Source of the DNA: Bdellovibrionales bacterium
Lineage (GTDB): Bacteria; Bdellovibrionota; Bdellovibrionia; Bdellovibrionales; JAMPXM01
Length of the DNA: 64,000 nt
Assembly (NCBI GenBank): GCA_043739185.1
Contig: JAYUEN010000386.1
Span: 64,001-128,000, forward strand
Reading direction: 5' to 3'
The notes under the pieces are model-generated. The model was given only the letters and a program-made list of their open reading frames with translations, searched no databases and had not been told where the DNA came from. Below, in pieces: positions 8,477 through 17,900 of this stretch (position 1 is the first letter of the stretch; every line of letters begins with the position of its first letter). Position numbers and translations under genes: made by a program.

Positions 8477-9421
8477 ATGAAAAATAAATTTTATGTTTTG
8501 ATTGCCGCAATCAATATTCTTTCGTCGTGTACTCCACAAAATACTCCGAATGCTCAAGCGCTCAAATCGGGAGTTCTTCAAAATATTATTGGAGGAAAGA
8601 CTGAAGCCGAAAGCCTAGCGGCAGGAGCTCAAGAGGCAAAAAGCTTCAATGCGATCGCCCAGCATATGGCAATGATTGTTGTTCAAAAAAGAGATGCGCA
8701 AGGAAATATTGATCCTTATGGAGCAGGCGCCTCCGCCGTCATTTTAGCCCCCAATCTAATTGTCACTTCTGCGCACACCTTTGAGGGATTTAATATGTCC
8801 AAAGGACAATTTGGCAAAGTTTATTTTGGCTCCTCAGGAGAATTTCAAAACCGGCCAACTTATACCTTCGCCAAAGCTGACATTGTCGATCGAAATACGG
8901 ATGAAATGGCTGTGCCCGGCTGGAAGCTTCAAGCAGGACACAAGGACTATGTTTTCATCTTTATTAAATCGGGTGTGCCTCGAGGTTTTACCGGTATGAA
9001 AATGATGAATGATATGAACTTTTTTAAAAAAGACGCGCATTACAAAGCGGCTGGATTCGGAATGTCAGGCGTGAATACCGATGACTCGCAATTGAGAGTC
9101 CTAGACACTACCATTTCAAGATGGAATATAAATCAGATAAGCGAAAAATATTCTCCACTACCAGATGGCATAGGAGTAGAAGACAAAAAATATTTTTTGG
9201 AGCTAAATGCGCATTCAAATTCTACAGTTTATAAAGAAGATTCTGGTGGCGCCGTTTATTTTGAAGGTAAAGATGAAAAAGGAGAGCCAGATCTTTTTCT
9301 TGCCGGAATCATATCTGCACATAGAGGGTTTCCAACCGGCATGGCAAATTATTCCCTGCGCGTAGATGCATTTTATCAGGATGCGATAGAGGTCGCTAAG
9401 AAAATTTATGGCGGCAATTAG
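8477..9421 (+). CDS. Trypsin-like (S1) serine protease lipoprotein
   Basis: Lipobox LSSC, IIGG, TSAH (His), DYVFI (Asp), EDSGG (Ser). Confidence 0.75.
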   Translation: MKNKFYVLIAAINILSSCTPQNTPNAQALKSGVLQNIIGGKTEAESLAAGAQEAKSFNAIAQHMAMIVVQKRDAQGNIDPYGAGASAVILAPNLIVTSAHTFEGFNMSKGQFGKVYFGSSGEFQNRPTYTFAKADIVDRNTDEMAVPGWKLQAGHKDYVFIFIKSGVPRGFTGMKMMNDMNFFKKDAHYKAAGFGMSGVNTDDSQLRVLDTTISRWNINQISEKYSPLPDGIGVEDKKYFLELNAHSNSTVYKEDSGGAVYFEGKDEKGEPDLFLAGIISAHRGFPTGMANYSLRVDAFYQDAIEVAKKIYGGN

Positions 9422-9453
9422 TTTACTGTCTTTAGATAGCCTTTTCCAGCCAC

Positions 9454-9492
9454 TCTAAAAAAAAACAACCTCAGAAGTTGTATTTTCTCAGA
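9454..9492. repeat. 18-3-18 palindrome (family 2), terminator-like
   Basis: TCTAAAAAAAAACAACCT-cag-AAGTTGTATTTTCTCAGA between convergent genes; homologous to 25813-25851. Confidence 0.6.
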
Positions 9493-9516
9493 CAGGGTAT
9501 CAAAGCATAGGCGACT

Positions 9517-10605
9517 CTAGCGCTTCAGGCTGCGCTCTTCTTTAAAGCGCTCGAAGGCCAATTCAATCAAATTGTCGATCAGTGGAGAATAGGCGAGGCC
9601 TGAATTGGCCCACATTTTTGGATACATACTGATTTTGGTAAATCCAGGGATCGTATTGATTTCGTTTACAATCAAGTGATTATCTTTGGTCATAAAAAAA
9701 TCGACGCGGCCCATGCCCTCACAGCAAAAACATTTGAATACCTGCATCGCCATCTTACGAACATTTTCAGCTTGAGCTTTGGTGAGATCCGCAGGAATTT
9801 TTAATTTCGCACCATTCTCATCTAAATATTTTGCTTCGTAAGAATAGAATTCATGCTGCGGCAAAATTTCGCCAGGCTCACTTGCGCGTACCAAATGATT
9901 GCCGAGTACAGAACATTCAATTTCGCGACCGGCGATGAATTCTTCAAATAAGATTTTGATATCGTATGCGAATGCGTCGGCAACTGCTGTTGCAAATCCC
10001 GCTTCGTCTGAAACTTTATGAACACCGACACTTGAACCCATATTTGCGGGCTTCAAAAAGAAGGGTAGCCCCAATTGCTTTTTAATTTCCTGAAAGCTCA
10101 ATGACTTTTGATCATGGCGTTCAAGCGTAATGAATTTGCCAATGGGAAGACCTGCGTCTCGTAATAAACGTTTGGCGACGTCTTTGTCCATGCCGACGGC
10201 TGAGCCCAGAACTCCGACTCCGACATAGGGGATGCCAAGCAAGCGTAAGTAACCTTGCATCGAACCATCTTCACCGTAAGGGCCATGTAGGATCGGAAAG
10301 ACACAATCGATTGGAGCAATATATTGTTTGGTATCACAATTAAGGATTTGCACTCCATCAGAAGTGGGCACAATGAAAACCCTGGCGCCGACGCGCTCAA
10401 CATCAATGGGCTTGGTCACATCAGTTTTACGTAAGACCTGGGGGTCTGATATATGTCTCCAGCCGCCATTTTTGTCGATCGCAATGAGGTGAGTGGTATA
10501 TTTATTTTGGTCGAGAGCATCCATGACATTTTTGCCAGACTCAAGAGAGACGGCGTGTTCGGCGGATTGGCCTCCGAAAATGAGGGCTAAATTAATTTTT
10601 TTCAC
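9517..10605 (-). CDS. ddl: D-alanine--D-alanine ligase
   Basis: FGGQSAEH, LHGPYGEDG, MDK, KPANMGSSVG, YEAKY, NEINTIPGFT. Confidence 0.96.
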   Translation of the reverse strand: MKKINLALIFGGQSAEHAVSLESGKNVMDALDQNKYTTHLIAIDKNGGWRHISDPQVLRKTDVTKPIDVERVGARVFIVPTSDGVQILNCDTKQYIAPIDCVFPILHGPYGEDGSMQGYLRLLGIPYVGVGVLGSAVGMDKDVAKRLLRDAGLPIGKFITLERHDQKSLSFQEIKKQLGLPFFLKPANMGSSVGVHKVSDEAGFATAVADAFAYDIKILFEEFIAGREIECSVLGNHLVRASEPGEILPQHEFYSYEAKYLDENGAKLKIPADLTKAQAENVRKMAMQVFKCFCCEGMGRVDFFMTKDNHLIVNEINTIPGFTKISMYPKMWANSGLAYSPLIDNLIELAFERFKEERSLKR

Positions 10606-10619
10606 GCTAAATTTCCTCG

Positions 10620-11441
10620 TTAGGGTGTTGTAAATCTAAAGTTAGTGACGTCTGAGCAAAGAGTCACGAGAGTTTTGAGCACGCCGACGGGCACCAAGAG
10701 ACTGTCGCATTGACTCATAACATTTGAAAAGAAAGGCACATCTGGGCTCAAAGAAAATTCACGATGAATTTTATCTGGAGCTTTCGGATCATTCCACACC
10801 AACATATCAAAAGAGACTTTGGTAATGCTGATGCTACAGTTTGTGACTCCGCCACAATTGGGTTGGGATTGAACAGACTTTGGCGGCTGGGCACTTGACG
10901 CCTGCACCGTCAAATTGTGAAAGGTGACTAGTGGTGTGGGCGTAGGCGTGTCGGCTGATACATGAATATATTTATTAAGAAACAAAATCATCGAATTGAC
11001 GAAGGGATCATTGCGATCTTGCGAGAAAACATCAGGCACCCAGCGACTTGTTAAAATAGATGCCGTGGTGGGAGCTGTCGCCTTTTGAGCAATGCGAGTA
11101 AGCTCACGGGCAATGACTTTATTGTCTGAATAGCTAACGGTTTTTTCTAAAATAGTAAAAACCACCTGAGTTGCCTGATCATCGCGTCCGACAACACTCG
11201 TTCCTACCTCTCCGGTCGACTGATAAGCTTGCCCGGAAATAATTTGGCTTTGAATGACATCAGTAAATTGTCCGAGTTGAATTTTGAGTGGATCGACTTT
11301 GGCAAGCGGCGCATTGAGAGCATTGTCGACCGCAGTTTGCGAAACCGCCGGACCATAGTTAACCGGCGTGCCTTCGTCTCCCTGACAGGCCATCATTGAA
11401 AAGCAAAATGAAAAACTAAGTAAAGTAAAGATGAGTTTCAT
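10620..11441 (-). CDS. Hypothetical lipoprotein
   Basis: Lipobox-like MMAC; start overlaps the GNAT stop codon. Confidence 0.7.
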   Translation of the reverse strand: MKLIFTLLSFSFCFSMMACQGDEGTPVNYGPAVSQTAVDNALNAPLAKVDPLKIQLGQFTDVIQSQIISGQAYQSTGEVGTSVVGRDDQATQVVFTILEKTVSYSDNKVIARELTRIAQKATAPTTASILTSRWVPDVFSQDRNDPFVNSMILFLNKYIHVSADTPTPTPLVTFHNLTVQASSAQPPKSVQSQPNCGGVTNCSISITKVSFDMLVWNDPKAPDKIHREFSLSPDVPFFSNVMSQCDSLLVPVGVLKTLVTLCSDVTNFRFTTP

Positions 11442-12535
11442 ATGCTATCCCAACCCCAAATCCACATATCGAGTGGTAGGATTTTATCTAAGCGTTCGGC
11501 TACATCCGCTTCGAAGTTATGTATTTGACTCGGTTTTTGCGGCCCAAAAAGTAGGCGAGTGATATCAGATAATAGATCGGTACTAAAAATTTGATTTTCA
11601 AAGCCAAAAATAAAACGCTCATCTTTTTTCTCTAAAATTAAATCTGAAATGCCTTGCATGCGAGCATGACGTTTTACTTTGGTAAAAAGGCTGGTCGTAT
11701 TAATTGGTTTTATCATTCCCAAAAAGCCGTCATTGGTTTGCAGGCCCAGTTCCTTAAACTTGCGTAATAGATTTTGCGAATGCCGTGGCGCCATGATTGT
11801 TACCGGAGCATTTTGTGTTTGATAAATATAATTGAAAAGTGGCAGGAGCGCTGTAACCCCGCCGCCCCACTCGTGCACATGGGCTTTTAAGTCAGCGCCC
11901 TTGCCTTCAACGGCGTAAGCTTTCAAATTATTTTTTGCATCCCAAGCGGTATAGACTCTGGTATTCGGAATTTGCAAATACTTGCTGGTATCGCTCAAGG
12001 TGCGAAGTGAATTGACGGTATGGTAGCCGTATAGTTTGTGAATCGCATCCGGAGAAACTTTGGTCGTATCCATAAAACGCAGGCCACTCGTTTCGATATT
12101 CAGATTTTGATTCCACAGAGTACTGGTTTCTGCGCCGGCCATTTCAAAGCCGAGTTTACGGTAAAAATCATGTAGATGGGTCCAAAGGATAGCAAATTCA
12201 CAACCACTGAGTTGAGCGGACTCTAGACAACTTTCTAAAATTTTAGTGCTAAGCCCCTGGTTGCGATGGTCGGTAGATGTTACCACGCTGCCAATGGCTG
12301 CAACCTTAAACAGGCCCGCACCGGTTTTGACATAAATGGGTCGCATAACAGCGTGAGAAAGCACTTGGCTTTCCTCTATGATAATTCGAATATTGCTTAA
12401 ATTTTGCGGGCTAAAGGCAAGCGGATATTCATTGGTGATCGACCACGGCAAATTGGGTCTCAGTTCTGAATCCAAAAAGCTGATGAGTTGGCCGAATTCT
12501 TTTTCATCTGGGCAGCGCGGACCTTCCATAGTCAC
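11438..12535 (-). CDS. GNAT-family acetyltransferase (Eis-like N-terminus)
   Basis: IGSVVTSTDHRNQGLS (acetyl-CoA motif), FYRKLGF. Confidence 0.85.
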   Translation of the reverse strand: MTMEGPRCPDEKEFGQLISFLDSELRPNLPWSITNEYPLAFSPQNLSNIRIIIEESQVLSHAVMRPIYVKTGAGLFKVAAIGSVVTSTDHRNQGLSTKILESCLESAQLSGCEFAILWTHLHDFYRKLGFEMAGAETSTLWNQNLNIETSGLRFMDTTKVSPDAIHKLYGYHTVNSLRTLSDTSKYLQIPNTRVYTAWDAKNNLKAYAVEGKGADLKAHVHEWGGGVTALLPLFNYIYQTQNAPVTIMAPRHSQNLLRKFKELGLQTNDGFLGMIKPINTTSLFTKVKRHARMQGISDLILEKKDERFIFGFENQIFSTDLLSDITRLLFGPQKPSQIHNFEADVAERLDKILPLDMWIWGWDSI

Positions 12536-12666
12536 CCTTCCTGGGACGCATAAACCTAAATTAGTGCGCCCCTATCAAGCTATTATCTTAGCATTTTGCT
12601 AGAGGAGAAGTGATAAATTTAAATAGAAATTGTGTTTCTCTCGCTAAAAGTCTAAAACCCAATCAA

Positions 12667-13347
12667 ATGAAAAAGTTGAAATCAATTAAGCGACCAAAGT
12701 CGCAAGAATCTAAGCGCTTTCTAGCTGAACAGATAATAAAGCTTTTAAAAAAGTATTATCCAGTAACTCAATGTGCTCTTCATCATAAAAGTGTTTTTGA
12801 GCTTTTGGTTGCAACCATTTTATCTGCACAATGCACCGATGAACGAGTGAATTCAGTAACACCGGCCCTGTTTAAAAAATTTCCTGGACCAAAGGCCTTC
12901 GCACTTGCTCCTGTTGAAGAAATTGAAGAGGCCATTCGCTCGACTGGTTTTTACAAAAATAAAGCCAAAAATATAAAGGCCTGCGCCCAAAGTCTAGTTG
13001 AGAAATATCATGGCGAAGTTCCAAAGAGTTTAGAGGAACTCACTGAACTTTCAGGGGTTGGAAGAAAAACGGCAAATGTTGTTTTGGGAGTTGGCTTTAA
13101 AATTCCTTCTGGAATTGTAGTTGATACCCACGTCACTCGACTCAGCAATCGTTTTGGCTTGGTAAAGTCTGAAAATGCCGTTGTGATTGAGCGTGAATTA
13201 GGTCCTCTTATCGATCGTTCCGAATGGATTGAATATTCGCATCGGTTGATCGATCACGGCCGAAAGATTTGCAAAGCCAGAAGTCCACGTTGTGAAATTT
13301 GTTTTTTAGCAGACATTTGTCCAAGTTCAACGATGGGCCTTGCTTGA
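12667..13347 (+). CDS. nth: Endonuclease III (start moved to the ATG at 12667)
   Basis: LLVATILSAQCTD, GVGRKTANVV, VDTHV, C-terminal 4Fe-4S Cys cluster. Confidence 0.95.
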   Translation: MKKLKSIKRPKSQESKRFLAEQIIKLLKKYYPVTQCALHHKSVFELLVATILSAQCTDERVNSVTPALFKKFPGPKAFALAPVEEIEEAIRSTGFYKNKAKNIKACAQSLVEKYHGEVPKSLEELTELSGVGRKTANVVLGVGFKIPSGIVVDTHVTRLSNRFGLVKSENAVVIERELGPLIDRSEWIEYSHRLIDHGRKICKARSPRCEICFLADICPSSTMGLA

Positions 13348-13378
13348 CACTCGAGCCGCCGCGCTTGAAACTGTCAAC

Positions 13379-13864
13379 ATGATCGTAGCATTTTTTGAAA
13401 GCTATAAATACGTTGGTCATTTGTATCCACTTGCGTTCTTGCGCATATTTATGGGCTATTACTATTTTAATCATGCTTTTCAAAGCCTCAAAAATGAATT
13501 CTTGTCTCATGCAATTTTGGCGGAACAAATTCGCGCACACCTCCCTACCAGCGTCGCTCCTGAATGGTATAAATATTTTCTTGAGACAGCAGTCGTGCCG
13601 AATTGGCAATTTTTTGCGAGCTTCATTGTTATTTCTCAGTTTGTCGTAGGCGTTTCACTGATCGTTGGTTATTTCGTTCGTCCGGCAACTTTGCTCGCGA
13701 TGTTTTTAGCATTCAATCTCATGTGGGCGATTGGGCCAAGTGCTGGCGAAATTCAAGATCATCTTATTTTCGTTGTGATTTTTACTTTGGGTTGGTTTGG
13801 CGCTGGTCGTTGTTTAGGTATGGATTATTATTTTTACCGTAAGAGACGTGGCCTCTGGTGGTGA
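13379..13864 (+). CDS. DoxX/TQO-type membrane protein (ORF open from 13340)
   Basis: FLRIFMG, several TM segments, GAGRCLGMD. Confidence 0.8.
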   Translation: MIVAFFESYKYVGHLYPLAFLRIFMGYYYFNHAFQSLKNEFLSHAILAEQIRAHLPTSVAPEWYKYFLETAVVPNWQFFASFIVISQFVVGVSLIVGYFVRPATLLAMFLAFNLMWAIGPSAGEIQDHLIFVVIFTLGWFGAGRCLGMDYYFYRKRRGLWW

Positions 13865-13871
13865 GCCACAA

Positions 13872-14843
13872 GTGCGAATTATAATCCTTTCCGCTCTTCC
13901 GATTCTGATTATTTTTACTGTGCTTTTTTTTGCCCTCAAAAAGCGCCCTGAAGTTTCACGTGCTGCAACCAAAAATCTCAAAGTCTTAACCTATGCTGCT
14001 TTTTTAAATGCCTGGGGCCCTGGCCCAATAATTGCCAAAAAATTTCAAGAACAAAGCGGAATTCAAATTGAATTCATTGATGCTGGTGACGCCGGTCTGC
14101 TTCTTAAAAAATTAGCACTCTTTAAGGCCGATGTTGTATTGGGACTTGATCAATTCGGAATTGCTCAACGTGACCCAAATATAAAATGGCAGTCTCGCTT
14201 TCAAGCAATTGATTGGTCGCCGATGACGTTCATTTATCGAAAGGGTGAAATCGACCCGCCAAAAAATCTAGATGATTTATTAGATGCACGCTTTGAAAAT
14301 AAAATTTCTTTGTCGGATCCTCGAACCAGTACGCCCGGGTTACAATTTTTACTTTGGATTCTCCGCGAAAAAGGCCGCGATCAAGGATTTAAGTTTCTTA
14401 AAAAATTAAAAAAAAATATAGCATTTGTCGGTCCTTCTTGGTCCTCCTCATATGGGCATTTCAAGAAAAAGCAAAGTCAATTGGTCTTTTCTTATTTCAC
14501 TTCTCCTGTTTACCATTGGACTGAAGAGAATAATTTTAGTTATCAAGCAGCCGTGCTCAAAGAGAAAATGCCGATTCAAGTTGAGTTTGCAGTGATTTCG
14601 GCCGGGGCCGAAAACCTCGAAAACGCCAAGGGTTTTATGAGTTTTCTTATGGAGGAGGAGACCCAGAAAGCAATCATGAAGAAAAACTTCATGTTGCCGA
14701 TTAAAAAAGAGTCTGCGAGACAGAGTCCCTTCGAGCGCCTGAGTCTTTCTTATGTAAGTGAATCTGAAATGCAGGGCGAAAAGAATCCAACCGAAGCTGA
14801 GCTCAGTCAACTTTTTGCCGAATGGCAAGCGATAGGAATCTGA
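13872..14843 (+). CDS. thiB: Thiamine ABC transporter substrate-binding protein
   Basis: WGPGP, ADVVLGLD, DPRTSTPGL, WSSSYG, SYFTSPVYH, QVEFA. Confidence 0.85.
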   Translation: MRIIILSALPILIIFTVLFFALKKRPEVSRAATKNLKVLTYAAFLNAWGPGPIIAKKFQEQSGIQIEFIDAGDAGLLLKKLALFKADVVLGLDQFGIAQRDPNIKWQSRFQAIDWSPMTFIYRKGEIDPPKNLDDLLDARFENKISLSDPRTSTPGLQFLLWILREKGRDQGFKFLKKLKKNIAFVGPSWSSSYGHFKKKQSQLVFSYFTSPVYHWTEENNFSYQAAVLKEKMPIQVEFAVISAGAENLENAKGFMSFLMEEETQKAIMKKNFMLPIKKESARQSPFERLSLSYVSESEMQGEKNPTEAELSQLFAEWQAIGI

Positions 14844-14846
14844 GAA

Positions 14847-16199
14847 ATGCCCATTCTAGAACAATATGTGCAAGTCTTTGCTTTTACGGTCGCGCAAGCA
14901 TTTACAAGCGCTTTTACTTCAATGTTTTTTGGTATATTGGGAGCGATGGGCCTCTGGTCCCTCGCAAAAAATAAAAATGCCCTACGAATATTGACTGCCT
15001 TTGCAATCTTACCAAATACTTTGCCGATTATTTTTGTGATATTTTCGTTTATTAAATATCTGCCTATGGCGCGCGGCTTTTGGGGAATTGTTGCGATACA
15101 TTGTTTTCTCAATGCCGGTCTGGTAGCTATTGCAGTTTTTCAAGTATTTCAATCTAAGATGGGAGCACTTGCTGATGTGGCTTGGATCGCATCTTGCTCT
15201 CAAGTCCGTTTTTTAAAAAGTGTAGTTCTGCCTTATTTGAAAAATGATTTAACGCGAATTTTCTTTTTCGTCTTTGCGCTTTCATTTACTAGTTTTGCAG
15301 TACCCTTAATGATTGGCGGAAGCCGAGGCACCACGCTTGAAGTCTTGATATATGAAAAGATTCGAATCTCTGCCGATTGGAGCCAAGCTTGCGTGATGGC
15401 GCTAATGCAATTGATTTTCATTTTAGGGATTTCTTTTTTTGTGAAAAGACAAGTTGCGACTCAAGCCAACTATGTTTCGAAAAGTCCGTTGTTGAGTGTA
15501 GATTTTGGCATTTTCGTACTCGTACTGCCGACTATTTTTATAGGTTTTTGCTTAATGCAAAGCTTTTTTAGTCAATTTGAAAAATGGCAAATGCCCAATC
15601 TGAGTTTAGTTTTCGGCTCGCTCTTTATTGCAATCGGCTCAGGGCTTTTCAATTTATTCCTCTTGTTTGTCAGTGCCAGATATCGACCAAATCCAAAATG
15701 GCGAAGTTTTTTGCTAGGTTTGGTTTCGCCGAGTGCGGTTATTATAGGATTTTCATTAATCTGGCTTTTTCCCGGAGTCGGATGGGCCAGCTATATCAAG
15801 CTTATTTTTGGACTGACACTTATGCACTTTCCGATTTTGTATCGTATGTCCTGGGATGCTCAGGTTTTTGCTCTCTATCAACAAATTGAAACCGCTCAGA
15901 CGCTAAGTGCCTCTCCTCGACAGATTTTTTCACGGGTTATCGTACCTCAAGTTCTAAAGTATGCTTATAATTTGTCTGGGCTTGCCGCACTCTGGTCGTT
16001 TTCGGATTTTACTTTGGCAAGTGTAGTGGCTGAGCGCGATCTGACACTTGCGCAACTTTTTTCGCATTTGACTGAATCTTACCGCTTTGAACAGGCAGAG
16101 GCGCTCATTTTGCCCATGATGGTCGGGGCGATCTTTTGCTATCTCATTTTTTCGGGAGTTGGAAATGTCGCAAGTCGAATCCTTATGCGCACAGTTTGA
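14847..16199 (+). CDS. thiP: Thiamine-type ABC permease
   Basis: Two permease halves; FTSFAVPLMIGG..TTLEVLIY; follows thiB. Confidence 0.75.
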   Translation: MPILEQYVQVFAFTVAQAFTSAFTSMFFGILGAMGLWSLAKNKNALRILTAFAILPNTLPIIFVIFSFIKYLPMARGFWGIVAIHCFLNAGLVAIAVFQVFQSKMGALADVAWIASCSQVRFLKSVVLPYLKNDLTRIFFFVFALSFTSFAVPLMIGGSRGTTLEVLIYEKIRISADWSQACVMALMQLIFILGISFFVKRQVATQANYVSKSPLLSVDFGIFVLVLPTIFIGFCLMQSFFSQFEKWQMPNLSLVFGSLFIAIGSGLFNLFLLFVSARYRPNPKWRSFLLGLVSPSAVIIGFSLIWLFPGVGWASYIKLIFGLTLMHFPILYRMSWDAQVFALYQQIETAQTLSASPRQIFSRVIVPQVLKYAYNLSGLAALWSFSDFTLASVVAERDLTLAQLFSHLTESYRFEQAEALILPMMVGAIFCYLIFSGVGNVASRILMRTV

Positions 16200-16812
16200 C
16201 GATTTTAAAATTGATATTCCCAGCTGGGAAATTCTTGAAGAAGGAGTTACTGCGCTATGGGGGCCCTCAGGCGCGGGCAAGACTTCGGTACTGCGCCTGC
16301 TCATCGGTCTCGATCAGCCGCAGTCATTGAAGTGGTTTTTTGATAAAGAAGATATTGCAATGCTACCGACGCCGAAGCGTCGATTAGGAGTTGTTTTTCA
16401 AAGCTATGAATTATTTCCCCACATGACGGCACTCGATAATATTTTATTTGCAGCGGAATCACGGCAGATTTCAAAAGAGCGCACTCAAACTTCACTCGAT
16501 GAATTTGTTCAAATCCTAAAACTTGATTCTTGCTTGAAGCGAAGGGCAGGCTATCTATCTGGAGGCGAAAAGCAAAGAGTGGCTTTGGCTCGTGCTCTAA
16601 TTGGTGAACCAAGATTGCTTATGCTAGATGAAGCTTTTTCAGCCTTAGATGAAGCCTTGCGTGCGGAGGCCCGGGAGTTAGTAAAGAAGGTCATTCAAAT
16701 CCGCAAAATTCCTACCATTCTCATTACCCACGATCCACAAGACATTAAAGCACTAGCGAATAAGGTAAGTGAAATTGAAGCCGGAAAAATTGTGAGGGAA
16801 TTTCGTACTTAG
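16165..16812 (+). CDS. ABC ATP-binding protein (ThiQ-like)
   Basis: GPSGAGKT, LSGGEKQRVALARA, LDEAFSALD. Confidence 0.85.
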   Translation: MSQVESLCAQFDDFKIDIPSWEILEEGVTALWGPSGAGKTSVLRLLIGLDQPQSLKWFFDKEDIAMLPTPKRRLGVVFQSYELFPHMTALDNILFAAESRQISKERTQTSLDEFVQILKLDSCLKRRAGYLSGGEKQRVALARALIGEPRLLMLDEAFSALDEALRAEARELVKKVIQIRKIPTILITHDPQDIKALANKVSEIEAGKIVREFRT

Positions 16813-16817
16813 GCCCT

Positions 16818-17822
16818 TTAATTAATTTTACGTGGCCAGTGTTTTTGTTTAACAGCCATAGGGATGAAGCTTGCTGAAGCCGCAATATCATTTAAATGAG
16901 TAAATTCTTTTTCGGTAAATTTATGAAGCTCACTGAGAACTTTATACTCATTGACCAGATCAATATCAAAAATTCCCGGGTCATCAGAATTGAGGCTGGT
17001 TAAAACCCCTTGCTCCATCAGGCGACGAAAAGGATGCTCACTCAATCGAGAAATGGCATTGGTCAAATAATTGCTCGTCGGACAAAGTTCTAAGACGATA
17101 TTATTTTTCTTTACGAAATCAATGGCGCGCGGCTCATGAATAATTTGTAAGCCATGTCCAATGCGGGTTGCTCCTAGCTTTTCAACAGCATCAATCACCG
17201 ATTGACCTGCCGTTGGTGCAGGCGCCTCACCAGCATGAATTGTGACATGTAGGCCGGCGTTTTTCGCACGCATAAAAACTGCGGCAAAAGGTCCTGAATC
17301 AAACCCGACCTCATTGTCTGCCAGGTCAACGCCAATAAATGTTTTTTTATGATCAATTACAAAATCACAAACTTTTTCAGCATGCTGAACGCTCAAAATT
17401 CTCTGAATAGTTGCAATGAGTCCCACTGCAATTGGGAGTTTCGCACATTGCTCAAGTCCTTTAACAATTGCGGAATGAATCTGGTCGAAACTCAAATGCT
17501 CATGGCCGCCTTGGATAAAAGTCGGCGCGTAGCGAAGTTCTAAAATTTTGATTCCTTCGGCGACGGCATCTTCAATGGCTTCGCGAGTAATGCGCGTTAA
17601 GATTTCTTCGCTGCTTAATATTTTTTGGGTCGTCAAAAACTTATTTAAAACGGCGCCTAAATCTTTCATTGGTTCAGTAACGAGAAATTTAGCTTTGAAG
17701 TCTTTTTCAGAAGAGGGAACTTCAATTCCGTGCTCGCGTGCAAGTTCACGCACAGTAGAGTGTCTAAAAGAAAGTTCAAGATGGCGATGCAGTTCGACTT
17801 TGGGAATTGATTTGATATCCAT
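16818..17822 (-). CDS. add: Adenosine deaminase
   Basis: PKVELHRHLE, HAGE, RIGHG, CPTSN, NSDDP. Confidence 0.93.
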   Translation of the reverse strand: MDIKSIPKVELHRHLELSFRHSTVRELAREHGIEVPSSEKDFKAKFLVTEPMKDLGAVLNKFLTTQKILSSEEILTRITREAIEDAVAEGIKILELRYAPTFIQGGHEHLSFDQIHSAIVKGLEQCAKLPIAVGLIATIQRILSVQHAEKVCDFVIDHKKTFIGVDLADNEVGFDSGPFAAVFMRAKNAGLHVTIHAGEAPAPTAGQSVIDAVEKLGATRIGHGLQIIHEPRAIDFVKKNNIVLELCPTSNYLTNAISRLSEHPFRRLMEQGVLTSLNSDDPGIFDIDLVNEYKVLSELHKFTEKEFTHLNDIAASASFIPMAVKQKHWPRKIN

Positions 17823-17900
17823 CTTCAGATTATAGTGTGAAGACCTAAGCGCATCAAGTTTAAATTCTTGACGCACGACCCTTTATCCGAGAGGTTTTTT

